Positions 40,791 to 53,264 of a stretch of DNA of 64,000 bases are shown here, piece after piece; the stretch's first letter is position 1; the number at the start of each line of letters is the position of its first letter. This stretch comes from Octopus bimaculoides (lineage: Eukaryota): positions 46,543,650-46,607,649 of the forward strand of contig NC_068986.1 in NCBI RefSeq assembly GCF_001194135.2, given 5' to 3'. Made by a program: the position numbers and the translations under genes. Under the pieces are notes generated by a model. It saw only the letters and a list, made by a program, of their open reading frames with translations. It did no database searches and was not told the origin of the DNA.

Positions 40791-42460
40791 AGAGACAGAA
40801 GCACACGCTTTTGAAAGCGTTAAGATATCAAAATTTTTGTATACAAAACGATTTCGTTTTGATGGATTCAAACAGCTTTTGCCGTTTCTGCTGTTCGATT
40901 AATGCAATTCTTAGTCTTGACAGCTCATATCAAAGATAGCAGTTGTTATTTTGTTTGATCGAGCTGGCCAATGATCAAAGGTTCTTAAGCTATGGCCATC
41001 CCGTCTTTTCTCTGTGTGCAAAGAACCTAGCAGAACATTATTCAATGCATCCTTTTCTAAGATGTTGGGGTGGGTGGGACCTGAAGGCGATTTGGTAACT
41101 ATTGTTAGCATACCTCTTAGTCAGTATTCTCTGACTTTGAGGATCGATAAGTAAGAAATGAAAGTTTTTCGATTGCATACTTCGACTCTGTAAGACTTTT
41201 ATTATTCTACACTTCGATTTCATAATGTTTTCATTCAAAACTTTCGTCTTCTGATTAAAAATAAACTCATTAAACTTTGTAACCATGCCTTTGAATTTCA
41301 TATCTTCTTAATTATATAAAAGTGAATGCATATGAGTTACAAATTATTGGTCACTGTTTTGAATCTAAGTAACTGAAATTTTACATGGCGGCATGTCTTT
41401 TCGTGGAGATGACCATACACCGCGTTAATTTTCTCGATAGTTTCTTTAAAATCTGACCAAGGCCGGCTAGTGCGACTAGTTGATAAAGAAATTAAAATGA
41501 TCACCAGAGTGACATGAGAGGTCTCACTTAAATGCTTATGTATGCATGGGCTTAATTTCTTAACAGTAATGCTGTTACAGAACGTAGATGTATTTCTAAA
41601 TCATATCAGATGCCACGAGTAGAAAATGCGGTTAGATTTTTTTAAAATGAAAGCATTGTGTCCTTTTGTTCAGTTCCATTTATTTAAGGTTCGCTTCTTT
41701 TTTTGTCTCCTTTCAAGTGATTGTAACTTTTGTATAAATTCTTTTTTTTTTTTAACTAAGCAAGCAGATGACTAAAATTTATATTATAGTAAGGATGTAG
41801 ACGCTTAAGATCGACTTCAACTAGAATTGGATTTTTACAGGAAATTGGGCACTGTGATGGAAACAAGATTTTTGAAAACTTGTGCTACGTAGCTTTCGAA
41901 AAATATTCCTGATTAATAAATAATATTATATAATTGTATTTTATATCATTTAACTAAATGAATTTTGGTACTTACTCATAAAGTAATGTGTAATTTAACT
42001 CGTTAATATAACAGCTCAAAACTTCAGAGGATAAAATTTCCTGAACTAAGTTTTTTCACTTAATTTACGATCTTATGAACTCTAGAAATAAAACTTATTT
42101 ATTCATACTTTCATTCATACATTGAATGCTGGTAGAATTTAACGAAGGTTTTGTCTTACATAATTGAATATAAATAAAGAAACTCACGAAAACTATGGAA
42201 TGAAATACTTAGAACGACGTTCACTGTAACGAATCGACGAAGGAGCCCCACGAAACCGTTCAACTGGCTGTAAACAACCGTTAAATTCCATCAACTCACA
42301 TCTTAACACCTTAAAAAAGGAAATGCACATCAGATAATGTAAATTTAGATGCTTCTAAAAGAATGGATTGGTTGCAATTGAAATACCTTTGATCATTACT
42401 CTACTTAAACGGGTTAACCTAGGGCTAATCACAATGATAGAACATCCACTATTAAAATGC

Positions 42461-42635
42461 TAGCTGGTAAAATCGTTAGCACGCCGGATAAAAATACTTA
42501 GCGGCATTTCGTCCGAATTTAAATTCTGAATTCAAATACCTTTCATCCTTTCCAGATCGATAAAATAAGTGCCAGTTGAGTACTGGGGTGAATGTAATCT
42601 ATTTACCCACTGCTTGCCGGCCTTTGCCAAAACTG
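42461..42635 (+). mobile_element. Family D SINE
   Basis: agctggtaaaatcgttagcacgccgg...tttcatcctttccagatcgataaaataagtgccagttgagtactgggg. Confidence 0.7.
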
Positions 42636-43440
42636 GAAACCAATATTTTCTTCTTCCTTCTTTGTGCATTCTGAGTTTAAATCTAGCCACGGCTGATTTT
42701 GTCTGTGGTTACTCCATATATATAATTTAAACGACTCTATAATTTAAAAATAGAATTTAAATGCCACTATTATTTCAGCATCCTTGACCAACTAACTAGC
42801 TATTGCTATAAAAAGGAAGATATGGGTATTATACCAAATCTAACAACAGGTCTATATATTTATTTCGATGTGAGACAAGAAACTACGGTGGAGAGGCGTA
42901 AATATTGAAAAACATGTGTAAGAAAAAAAGAGTTGTAAAAAGATTGTCAAAGAGGAGACAGGAAAACAGGAAACGAGAGAGAATTAGAAAGAAGTTGAAG
43001 AATGAAGACGAAAAAGTGAAAGTGAGACAGAAAACTATGAGAAAAATATAAGGAAAACGCGAAATAGAACGAATGAAAGTAAATGTTAATAGGATAGTAT
43101 AAAATGAAAATAAGAGAGGTATTACAGGGAGATAGAAAGAAGAGGAAAGAGGACGATACAATATAGAAAAAGAACGGGTGAGAAAGAGGAGAAAAAATGA
43201 ATGAAAATAAAATGATTTTATGTGCAAACACTATACTTCAGACCTATAACAAGATGTGAAGCAAGTATCAAGCCTAGCGTAATTTACTACGTAAATGGAA
43301 AAGAAATAATCTCAGCTGAGAATTGGTACAACAAGAGTTTATTTTAAATTAACAGCACCGGCTTTAACTTTAACTATTTTAATTTGTTATTTAAGGATTA
43401 GTAATTAAAAAAAAGAAAAATATATACAAAAAATATTTAC

Positions 43441-43909
43441 CTTTCGAAACAGCGGTAATATGATTAAGGTTAGAAAAGGTAATAGGCAGGATCCCAGCAA
43501 TAAGTTTGTAGGCTTTAGAGGTAGTTTTTAAGAAGAACAGTTTGGTATCTTTTGGTTCCACTTCACTATTGCAGAATTTGGTGCTTCCAAATCCTTTGAT
43601 TGTAACCATACTGTCGGAATCTACCATCAGGTTAGGGGGTACTCTATCGTCTTCTTTAAAAACTTGTCCCACCAAAATTTCACAGTCGTACATTCCATTC
43701 TTTGCAGATCTCTGGTCCAACTTTTCAACTGTGCCACTGATCACTAAATTGGACATATCAATTTTGGTTTTGATATTCATTTTGTCTTTGCAAGAATCCG
43801 AATCTATTAAACCAGCGACTACACAGTCAAATGATATGACAGACAATAGATATAGTAAAAGAACATTCTGAGAGAGAGAACAGAAGAACTTTAAGGATAT
43901 CAACCCCAT
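43441..43909 (-). CDS. AGRN: First coding exon of an agrin-like gene: signal peptide plus N-terminal agrin (NtA, laminin-binding) domain
   Basis: The translation MGLISLKFF...LLLYLLSVISFDCVVAG is a signal-peptide-like segment. It is followed by NLVISGTVEKL, YDCEILVGQVFK, VTIKGFGSTKFCNSEVEPKDTKLFFL and ITFSNLNHI. From memory these align with vertebrate agrin NtA ([58 protein letters not shown]). The ATG is at 43909-43907. The donor AAAG|GTAAAT at 43441/43440 is phase 1 (469 nt). The domain call is stronger than the orthology call, because no downstream agrin exon is visible. Confidence 0.82.
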
Positions 43910-44139
43910 ATTGCCGTTGAAATGACTCAAAATTCCTCCGGCTGTTATTAGAAAAGAAATTTGGGCAAACTTACTTTAGAATAACTTCATACATATATTT
44001 CTTGTATGGTTCTTTTTTTTTTTTTTTGCTTATAAAGTATTAAGGTAACAAACTTTTTCAAAGTTCGTTCCAACTGGCATAACTACTTCTATTCACACGT
44101 GTGTGTATTAAGTTGTGAGAAGAAAGGTACAGCCGGAAA

Positions 44140-44335
44140 GTGAATGAAATAATCCTGAAGTGATTAACAGAATAAAAAAAAAGTTTCTATTCGTCTATTG
44201 TCGCTGTGCAGTCGCGCCAATCTTTTTCTTTCTTTTTCCTTTCACCAAGTATAAAGTAGTCTGGCAGTCAAATCAGCCGACGAATACATAAAACGTTGGA
44301 AAAAGTCGACAATCTGTGTCATCGGCCAATTGATA
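44140..44335 (-). promoter_or_regulatory. Candidate proximal promoter of the NtA/agrin gene
   Basis: CCAAT boxes at 44217-44221 and 44326-44330. A minus-strand Inr-like TCATTC lies at 44147-44142, about 240 nt upstream of the ATG. Confidence 0.3.
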
Positions 44336-45539
44336 GTCAGCCTAGATTATGTGTTGCCTTCTGTTATTTAGTAAATATTTTCTATTTTTTTATGAACTTG
44401 TCTGTCTACCTGTTCACTCCTCCCATACATGTACTGGAATCACCTCGTCTCTCTATCTTCTATCCTTGCCTTTCCCAAGTTTGCTTCCTTTTCCCCCTCT
44501 TTTTCGCAACGTTTAAACTGACACCATCACCTTTACTCTCATCCTCGCTATTAAAATATTTACATTTCTACTCAACCCGATTGTCTCATTAAATGCCTAC
44601 GTATGTTTACGGCATTGATTGCCAACGATAATAATGAGTGTGAGGTAAAATATTCTCACCCATAGTTTTATATAATTACAGTTATCTGTTCGTTCACGCA
44701 TTTAACATACTATGACACACACGCACATACCGATACATATCACACAAGCACACACCATTTGTGTTTGCATATATGTACGTATATAGTGTGTGCGTGAATG
44801 GGCGTACAGCTATGCGCGTATGTCACTCTGTCTCTTTCACTCTCTCACACACACACACACACACACTGACCAACCCATGCCATTACAAACATACATGTAC
44901 ATAGGTTCACACACATACACAAATTTCCCCAATTTAATTCGCCCTCAGTACCCCGCTTCTTCTTGCAATTTCTTGTGCACAGACTTTAATATAATACTCT
45001 GTGATTCGCTTCTGTTGTCATCAATTCTCCCTTCACTCCTATTTTCGTCCAACACTCCTTTATATTCATAGCCAAACACTAAAAAGGTCATTGTAATATG
45101 TGTAACTGGAGTAGTAGTGTGTAGCCTACGAGTGAGCTATTAACAATGCTTCAGTGTTTTCCAAGTAGCCAAACTATGCTATAATCTTTGGCAAAGCCAA
45201 CGTTAAAATATATATTTCAAAATTACGTACAGAAGAAACAAGATAAAAATATGTTGATAGCTGAATGAATTTTGAAAGGGAGCGAACAATATTTTATGAA
45301 GGAACATGAGAAATCAAAAAGACTGCATATATGATAGATAAGATAAAATATTTTAAGCATGCATACATACATACATACATACATAGTAAAATGTTAGCCG
45401 TCATATATCGGATAATTTTGGAAGTATACTTTTGCCACTGTGGGTAACATATACAATAGTTATAATTTAACTTGTATCAAATTTCTTGGTTCTTATACAA
45501 TCTGATGAAATTTAAATTATTTTCAAAACAAACGTATTT

Positions 45540-47590
45540 AATTACCTTACAGGATAAAGTGGGAAGCCCTAGTGGACGGATAGGGTCAGAAACAAATATG
45601 CAGACACAATTGCATCCAAATTCAGAAACATTCCTGAAGTTTTGGAGGATGTCGAAACGAATGGAGATTTTTTTCGGCAGCTTCTTCGACTGTACAATGA
45701 TGTAGAAGAAATCAGTTTGGTGTAGTGCCGGGTGATAAAAGAATCCCTGGTTTAACAAGGAAGGAAAAAATGCTGTTGAGCCAGCAAGGAGTCTTATAAA
45801 GTTTGGATTGGAAACAGGTCTCCTTCTTTTGTTCAGGCAGTACAGTGAGACGTGGAAAATTGCAGCAGCAGCAGTAGAAACATTCAAGAATAAGTCATGG
45901 GATGATTTTGGAGTCAAGCGGGACTGACTTTAGACCGGCCAATAAAGTATTCTTGCAGATCACCTGCTGACTTCGTAACAAGAAGCCCTCTTCCACATAT
46001 GCCATTAAGAACTCGGCTGGGATTCTTCTCTCTACAGCGAAGAGCATTCTTAGGAAATGATGAGAACACTTTGCTGATATCTTAAATCTGATCACGATAA
46101 AATCTGATGGACACATGGTACATCTAGGAGCGAAGACTAACCTCGTAGAGGCTGAAGTGATAAGGTCGCTGGAGAGGATGAAATTCGGCCTGAGATTTGA
46201 AAAGCCTTAAATAGAGAAGATATTCTCTAGCTGTTTCATGTATGTCAGGTGGCTTGGACCCTTGGAAAGATACTAAAGCAATGGTACTTCGGTGTGACAA
46301 AAAAGGAGATAAGAACAAATGCTTTAATTATAGAGGAATTTTCTCGTTGAATCTCCTCAATAAAGTCTATGCTTGGTGCCTGGAGAAGCGATGTATGGAT
46401 ATTAAGGAGCTCAAGCTAGCTGATGAATAGTGTGGCTTCTGTACTGGAAGATATTCCACTCCACGATAGTCTTCGAGAAATTGTAGGAATATTACCAAGA
46501 GGTGTACGCTTGCTTTATAGGCCTCCAAAAGGTATGTGAAGACCACGTATCCCGGGACACGATGTGGAGAGTTTTGTAGTAGTTCGGGATTAATGGGCAA
46601 CTTTTGGTTGCCGAGAAATCCTTGTACGAATGCCTAGTTATGTTCAAGTCGAAGTCTTTTAGCATGGGTGTTGAACTTTGGCAGAGTATGTATTGTCAAC
46701 TCTCATTTATATAACTTTTATGAATGTTATTGACATGCGCAGCCATTGTGGGAGTGGTGCCAAAATCAGTCATTGCAGGATCGGTCGGCTGATATTTGAA
46801 GACAACATGGTGCTATTTTGGCTCACCAGAAGGTGTTCTCCAGCAAGCACTGAATGGTATCACTACCGAGTGCTTCAAGGCAGAGACGAGAATTAGTGTT
46901 GTGAAGACAGCCACATTGGTTCTCTCAAGAAAATCTTCTCAGTGCACTGTGCATGTTTGTGGAGCATCACTAAGACAAGTAGAAGTTTAAGTATCTCGGG
47001 GCCGCATTCACGAGTGACAAGAGACAGGAGGTAGAATTGGACGCTAGAACAGCAAGTGCTGGCACAGCAATGCGCCAACACCGGTATTCGATACACAGAA
47101 GAGGAGAAGTTAATAAAAAAATCTAAATTCACTCTCTTCAGTTCGGTTTTCGTGCTTATTCTCACATGGTTATGAATATTAGGTAACGACGGACAGAGTA
47201 TGATCGCGAATACAAGCGGACGAAATGACGCTCCTCCTTAGGATCTCAAGGTTAACGGTAGTCACCAGGATGTGTAGCTCGGATATCAGAGAGCCTCACT
47301 CCAAACTTCCACTTCTCTGCTTTGAGAGGTCACAGTTCGGTTCTACGGACACGCGATTAAAATGTCACAGGAAAGATTCGCGAGAGAGATTCTTCATGCT
47401 AAGCCAACCGGCAGGTGGCCTAACGGGAAATCAAGAGCGAGATAGTTCGAAAATATCCATAGTTTCGGTTGGTCTCGCTTGGGAATCCGGCCGGAAAGTT
47501 TAATAACGGCTGCTTCCGATAAGCAGAGATGCCCGAGGACTCTACTCCCACGACCCTTCCAAGAGTAGTGAGAAAAGAGATGAACAGATG
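45540..47590 (+). mobile_element. Degenerate RTE-clade LINE (Expander/Rex3-like), 5'-truncated, running to the 3' end
   Basis: Translated pieces include IPWFNKEGKNAV and KKGDKNKCFNYRGIFSLNLLNKVYAW (RT domains 1-2), with later RT/thumb remnants. The 3' end ctcccacgaccc...gaaaagagatgaacagatg resembles RTE/Expander termini. The subfamily label is tentative. Confidence 0.8.
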
Positions 47591-48629
47591 CAAATATAAT
47601 TCAATTTATCAAATTTCTCAGTTATATCTTTGCAATAAATATGCTATTATTTCTAACAAAATTTATCGACATAATGTTAGTCTTCCTCCTCAAGAGCCTA
47701 TCTCAGCAAAATTTCAAAATAGAAACGTGTATTATTTAGATAGTTATAAGAAGCAAAATAAGTATTGGGGCATCAAACTAGGCTTATGCCCCACCTCTCT
47801 CAGTGTCTCTCTGTAGCCTGTCTGTCTTTTTCTCTGTCTGTCTGTCCCACCACCACCACACACAAAAAGATACATGTAAAAGTAATTTGCAAATTGACAA
47901 CACATTTCGAAATACTAGCAAAAGTATCATTGAAAATTTTTATTAAAGAGAAATTAGAAAATAAATACCAATTGGCAATTATGTGTGTGTGTGTGTGTGC
48001 GTGCGTGTGTCTTTTTATATGTAGCAAATACCGGTGTAGCAAATACTACATAAATTAATTATACCATGCTGTCATTTACTCCTTCTTCTCCTGCTTCTAT
48101 GATTCTTTCCTTTCACTTTTTGTGTAGCATTCTTTTACTCATTGCGTTGCACCCAAGTCTAGTATATGCATTCGTCCCACTCGTCTTATGTTAATTCTCT
48201 CTGTATCTCTCTTTTAATCTTTCCCCATTCTTCATACGATGAAGTCAACGAAGACCCATTTATATAGTCCATTATGAAATAAAGATATGCCCTCACTTTT
48301 TGTTCTTTTGTTGCCTATCATTCCTATTCACCTTCTGGTATCTGCAGGACTTCCCCGGTACTTATCATCACCACCTTTATTTCTCTTTCTACTGCCTCCT
48401 AATTTTCCATAAGGAGAATAGCTATATAGCTTCTTTACACGAAAGAAGCTGTTCTTTTCTGAACGCTTTTCTCATACTGTAACCTCTTATCTCCTAGTTT
48501 AAAGCCACTTCCCTCTCTGTTGTAGCTCGATTCACTCGAAGGGAATCTTAGTCTTACAGGCTGCATGGGGATTCACATGTGCTTGTACCCCCCCCCCCAC
48601 CACCACACACAAACAGTACATTTTATAAT

Positions 48630-48785
48630 GTTGTTGGTACTAGGAAGGGGAGCCAGCCGTTGAAATCATACCACAGCAGATATTAGAGCACGATGCAATC
48701 CTCGGATCCATTGGATCATGTCCAGCCCATGTTAGCATAGAAATGACGACGATATTGATGATGACAACAACGATGACGATGATAC
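48630..48785 (+). mobile_element. RTE-type 3' tail element
   Basis: gttggtactaggaaggggagccagccg...cccatgttagcatagaaatgacgacg. Confidence 0.55.
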
Positions 48786-48912
48786 GGATAATTATATATA
48801 TGTAGTGAAACTACCTATCGCCATTAGATACAAAACTACTATCGCCATTACATACAATCTTCTCATTTAAATATAAACAAGAGCGGGCGTAGTGGAAAAC
48901 ACATTCCTTGTC

Positions 48913-49093
48913 ATCACGTGACTGATTATTATTCGAAGCGGCAACTTCTTCGAACCGTTCCCGCCAGAACGCAAACTGACCAATCACGGCCCCTAATAAG
49001 GTCACGTGATAGAGTATTTTTCTGATGTCTGGTGAGCCTACCATCAACTATAAAATGCCTTAATTCAGCGGCAAAATTAGTCTCGGTTCAGTT
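48913..49093 (+). promoter_or_regulatory. Candidate Pol II core promoter (two GTCACGTGAT E-boxes, CCAAT, TATA, Inr)
   Basis: ATCACGTGAC at 48913-48922, CCAATC at 48980-48985, GTCACGTGAT at 49001-49010, TATAAAA at 49049-49055, and TTAGTC with its A at 49079, 30 nt after the TATA start. A second Inr-like TCAGTT lies at 49088-49093. The region is CpG-rich and non-repetitive. Confidence 0.45.
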
Positions 49094-49947
49094 TCTCTAT
49101 AGAGACTGTTCCGTGTATCACACAGCAGCAGCAGCAGCAGTTCCAGCGACAACATCAACAGCTTCGTCCAACGATGACCACCAACGACATCGCCAACAGC
49201 AACACGAGTCTACGACTACTAACAAGCATCGTCCTCGCCACCAGCACCTCCAACCGTAGTCAACACGACTTTCTATGTACACCAATCCAAACCACCGCGG
49301 CACATCTCCCTCTCTTCGATTCTGTTAGGTGACTCAGCTTCACCACGATAAATAAACAGACAAGAGTTTCAGCCAGCGACGAACGTCTGTCCTTAAGAGC
49401 CCGGCCCGGCATGGAAGCCAACATCACAACTAGTGATTGCACTGCCACACACAGCCTCAACTTCTTTCACATACAGACTCTTCCAATTGTGTACTCAAGA
49501 ACTGGTATAAATGCTCACGTGTTACTGACTCTTTCTATCTGCTGTAATATCTCACATACACATACATGTATCACTTACATACACTCTTTTCTCTGTACGA
49601 CGGCCTGTCTTTTATTATGTTTTTATATGTCGCATTCACACCCACACACAGACATACATCTTTAACGCCATAACAAATATCTCTGTTATTCATTTCATAC
49701 GGTTGCCTTCTATCGTCTCTTCATTACTGGTATTTACGAATTCACATATGTTATCGTAGTATAACATATTTGTGTATCATCTTTGATATATAATATTTTG
49801 TGTTCGACCGTGTGACACGTTAAAATAAAAGGAGTCCTGTTTTTCCATTCGTCACCATTTCTCCTTTTTGAGTTCGCACGGTCGTTCTTACATATATATA
49901 CATNNNNNNNNNNNNNNNNNNNNNNNNNNNNNNNNNNNNNNNNNNNN

Positions 49948-50010
<63 letters not shown>
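49948..50010. repeat. (TG)n microsatellite
   Basis: Seen directly, adjacent to the gap at 49904-49947. Confidence 0.95.
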
Positions 50011-50013
<3 letters not shown>

Positions 50014-51517
50014 AGTTGTAGTCACTATGCTGATTTGTAGTCCCAAATCAGTTCTGATCAGGTGGTCTTCTGGAGGCATGTAGTTAGCCAAACACCAGGC
50101 TACGGGCCACAGATCTGTTATTCCAGATATACCATACCTCCACCTAGCAGAGAATCATACTGTACACTTGGACATGCAGTAATGCAGTAATGAATCTGTA
50201 CGATGTAATAGTCGAGACATAAATTTTCTTTACTACCCAGTCAATATCTGTACAGCAATAGACTCTGTAATGTTGACGTAATTATAGTGCAACAGTTGCT
50301 GTTCCTCTGCATTTCTCATTAGTGGTGCACATCCTAGCTTCATGATTAGAGCTAATTTGTTTATGCAGCAGTGAGTTGGTAAAAATAGCTGTGAGTCTAA
50401 TTAGGTATTTAATTTTATGGCATCTTATTACTTCATTCAAATTCTGAAATCAACGTTGATAAAAAAAAACGCATGTTATAAACAACAGCATCGATTTTAA
50501 TTTCCCGCTCTTATGAATGATAGTTATTGTTTTGAGGCGATTGCAAGTACTGTAACAAGTAAGATTTAGCCTGCCAACAAATCTCGGTTAAAGCTACTTC
50601 ACTTCACTTACTCCACCTAAGACCTGAAGAAAGACATGAACGACCATTACTGCCTATTTCTTCTCGAAAAGGCCCGGTTACATGGTTACGTAAGAAATAT
50701 CTACTTTTAAGTGTTATCGTTGTCATCATCATAATCATTATCAAAAGCTCCTTCAACCATAAAACTATTTCAATGATTATTATCAATAATTGAAACAGTT
50801 TCTAAGTTGAAGAGAACAAATAGCAAAACGAAGTGTTTAAGATTAGTCAACGGATGTCTCTATATAGCACTGTATAACTGGCACAGCACGTTAAACCAGA
50901 TATTTGTAAACTATGACGGAAAACAGAAGAGAAATAAAGTTATAATTAGCCAAGAGACGTATTTAGAATTGAGAAAATTTGTATTATAACAATACGAGTT
51001 GTATTGTAGACTGAATCAGGAAGTTTATAAGAATCCGGAACTCTCGTAGATTCCGTAATTTACATTGTTTTCTAAGAATCTAATTTTTGCAATGATTTTG
51101 GAATTTACATACAATGTATAGAAGAACTGACTTCGATTGTTTATCAAAGTTTGCCACACAATACAAATTTTGCAAGATTTCCCTGTGATGATGCTAGTTT
51201 CAGACGCCTTGTATTTCTCTTCATGTGAAAACTCTGTTATAGCCTTTTCCATACATAAGTTCCACTTTCCAACATTGTCGGCTATGCTATGTGCAGCTAA
51301 TGTAGAGGATTCCTCCGCGGGAATATTGCTCACAAAACATCATGGTTAAGAAGGATTCCCCAAATTAGTAGCGATCCTTTTAGTAAGGAGACCAAAGGAT
51401 TGGCTGCAGTTTTGGAGGTGAGAGAGGTAGCGAGTCGTGTAGCTCATAGATGCTGCATTTTTCTTGCTCTTTGGTGTTGTCGGGAATAATTATATAAAAC
51501 TTTCTTACATGAAATAT

Positions 51518-51730
51518 TGATTTCAAATTATGACACAAGGCCAGTAATATCAGGTGGAGGGCACAAGTCTATTATATCGACTCAAGGGCTCAACTGGTGC
51601 TTATTTTATCGACTCCGAAAGGATGAAAGGGGAAGTCGACCCCAGCGGCATTTGAACTCAGAACACAAAGTCGGAAGAAATGCTGCTAAGCATTTTCCAT
51701 GGCGCATTAACGAATCTGCCAGCTCGCCGC
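51518..51730 (-). mobile_element. tRNA-derived SINE of a further family ('D': gcggcgagctggcagattcg head)
   Basis: It contains gttctgagttcaaatgccgctggggtcgac and tttcatcctttcggagtcgataaaataagcaccag. Related copies lie at 42461-42635, 57893-58400, 14488-14670 and 39790-39870. Confidence 0.7.
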
Positions 51731-52875
51731 TTTATCCATATTAAATTCTAAGGTCTTACAGTTTATATAGTGGAAGTCGTTGATTTAGTATAGTGATGTA
51801 TATTGTGGTATAGTGTTGTAGAACAATTTTGTGATGATATTCAGACAAGTTACAACTTTCTGTGATTGTAAGCTTAGAGCTAATGCACGTCAGAGTTTCG
51901 ATGCAGCACTAGATTTGTTGTCTCTCTATTGAGTGGAGGAAAGAAAATTGCTGTGCAATTTATTACTTCTCTTTCTGATTGCTGTTTTTGTTTATTTCTA
52001 GTCCCGTTGTAAGTATTGCTGTCGCTTCGGAATGATTCACTGCTTCTGCTCCAGCTGACCTCATATTCTGTGAACAGATAGGATAAAGTTTGTTTTCTAA
52101 AGGCAAGTCTTCAGTTTATAAGTGTTGTATCCGATCTACTGTAGCCTACTCAGAACATGCGTTAAGAAATCTTTTATTATGTTGGAATTAAATTACTTAA
52201 GGTCATAGAATGGAAACTGATGCCCAACTGAATAATATATAGATTATTTTGGCGGCTTCTCACGTCCCAACGTGAGACACCACGGTAGCCAAACATTTTC
52301 ATAAATCGGAATCTTTTCCGCGCCATGAATTTCTTTTGATCGTGGTGCAATATTTTTTCGAAAGAAAACCTTATACATTCATATGCTAAATTCCGTCAAT
52401 TCGTCATCAACTCTAAGGAGGCAGAATGACTTCCTGCTGAAATTTAGGCTTGAGTAATAGATAAGTCCAATCTATAAATATTTACTTTAATGTGACTCGG
52501 ATATTGATTTGCAATTGTACGACACTTTGAATAACGAATTCTATTTATCAGACTTCAAATCTATGTCAATTCACATATTGCATTGAACACTTCGTTTATA
52601 GTGTTACAGATGATATATGTTGGACTACATGACATTTAAAAAAATTATACTACAGAGCTTATCTATAAATTTTAGCTAGCACTCCATGAACTCTATAAAG
52701 GTATGGTATTTGTACCCAGGTGTAAACACTATAACTTTATAGACAATATCTTCGCAAACGGAAAAAGAGAAATAATTCGGACTAATTTCAATCTTATTCT
52801 GAGACTTAGTCACCTTTTCTTTAGTCCCCTCCTATATTGCATATAACAAAATGCATACATCAATCTATTACATAT

Positions 52876-53264
52876 GTTGTTGTTGGCACTCCGTCGCTTA
52901 CGACGTCGAGGGTTCCAGTTGATCCGATCAACGGAACTGCCTGCTCGTGAAATTAACGTGCAAGTGGCTGAGCACCCCACAGACACGTGTACCCTTAACG
53001 TAGTTCTCGGGGATATTCTGCGTGACACAGTGTGACAAGGCTGACCCGTTGAATTACAGGCACAACAGAAACAAGAAGTAAGAGTGAGAGAAAGTTGTGG
53101 CGAAAGAGTACAGCAGGGTTCGCCACCATCCCCTGCCGGAGCCTTGTGGAGCTTTTAGGTGTTTTCGCTCAATAAACACTCACAACGCCCGGTCTGGGAA
53201 TCGAAACCGCGATCCTATGACCGTGAGTCCGCTGCCCTAACCACTGGGCCATTGCGCCTCCACT
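52876..53264 (-). mobile_element. Full-length, young tRNA-derived SINE with (AAC)n tail and 10-bp target-site duplication
   Basis: The head GGAGGCGCAATGGCCCAGTGGTTAGGGCAGCGG...GTTTCGATTCCCAGACC carries Pol III A and B boxes. The tail is GGAGTGCCAACAACAACA. TATTACATAT flanks both sides (52866-52875 and 53265-53274). CpGs are intact. Confidence 0.9.

Larger units (their letters stand above)
2305..49947. other. Six assembly gaps: 2305-2650, 3434-4238, 18070-18362, 35581-35858, 38272-38371, 49904-49947
   Basis: N-runs, each abutting a microsatellite, SINE or inverted repeat. Confidence 0.99.

Noticed and set aside
43542-43871. 109-aa plus-strand ORF
   Set aside because: It is the antisense shadow of the NtA exon.
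48932-48960. Possible heat-shock element (ttcgaa...ttcttcgaaccgttc)
   Set aside because: The spacing does not fit alternating nGAAn pentamers.
51025-51349. Overlapping 102-aa and 70-aa ORFs
   Set aside because: No motif is recognised and there are no clear splice sites; it is possibly an old repeat fragment.
53186-53261. tRNA-like sequence
   Set aside because: It is the head of a SINE continuing into body, tail and TSD. It has no proper acceptor stem, so it is not called a tRNA gene.
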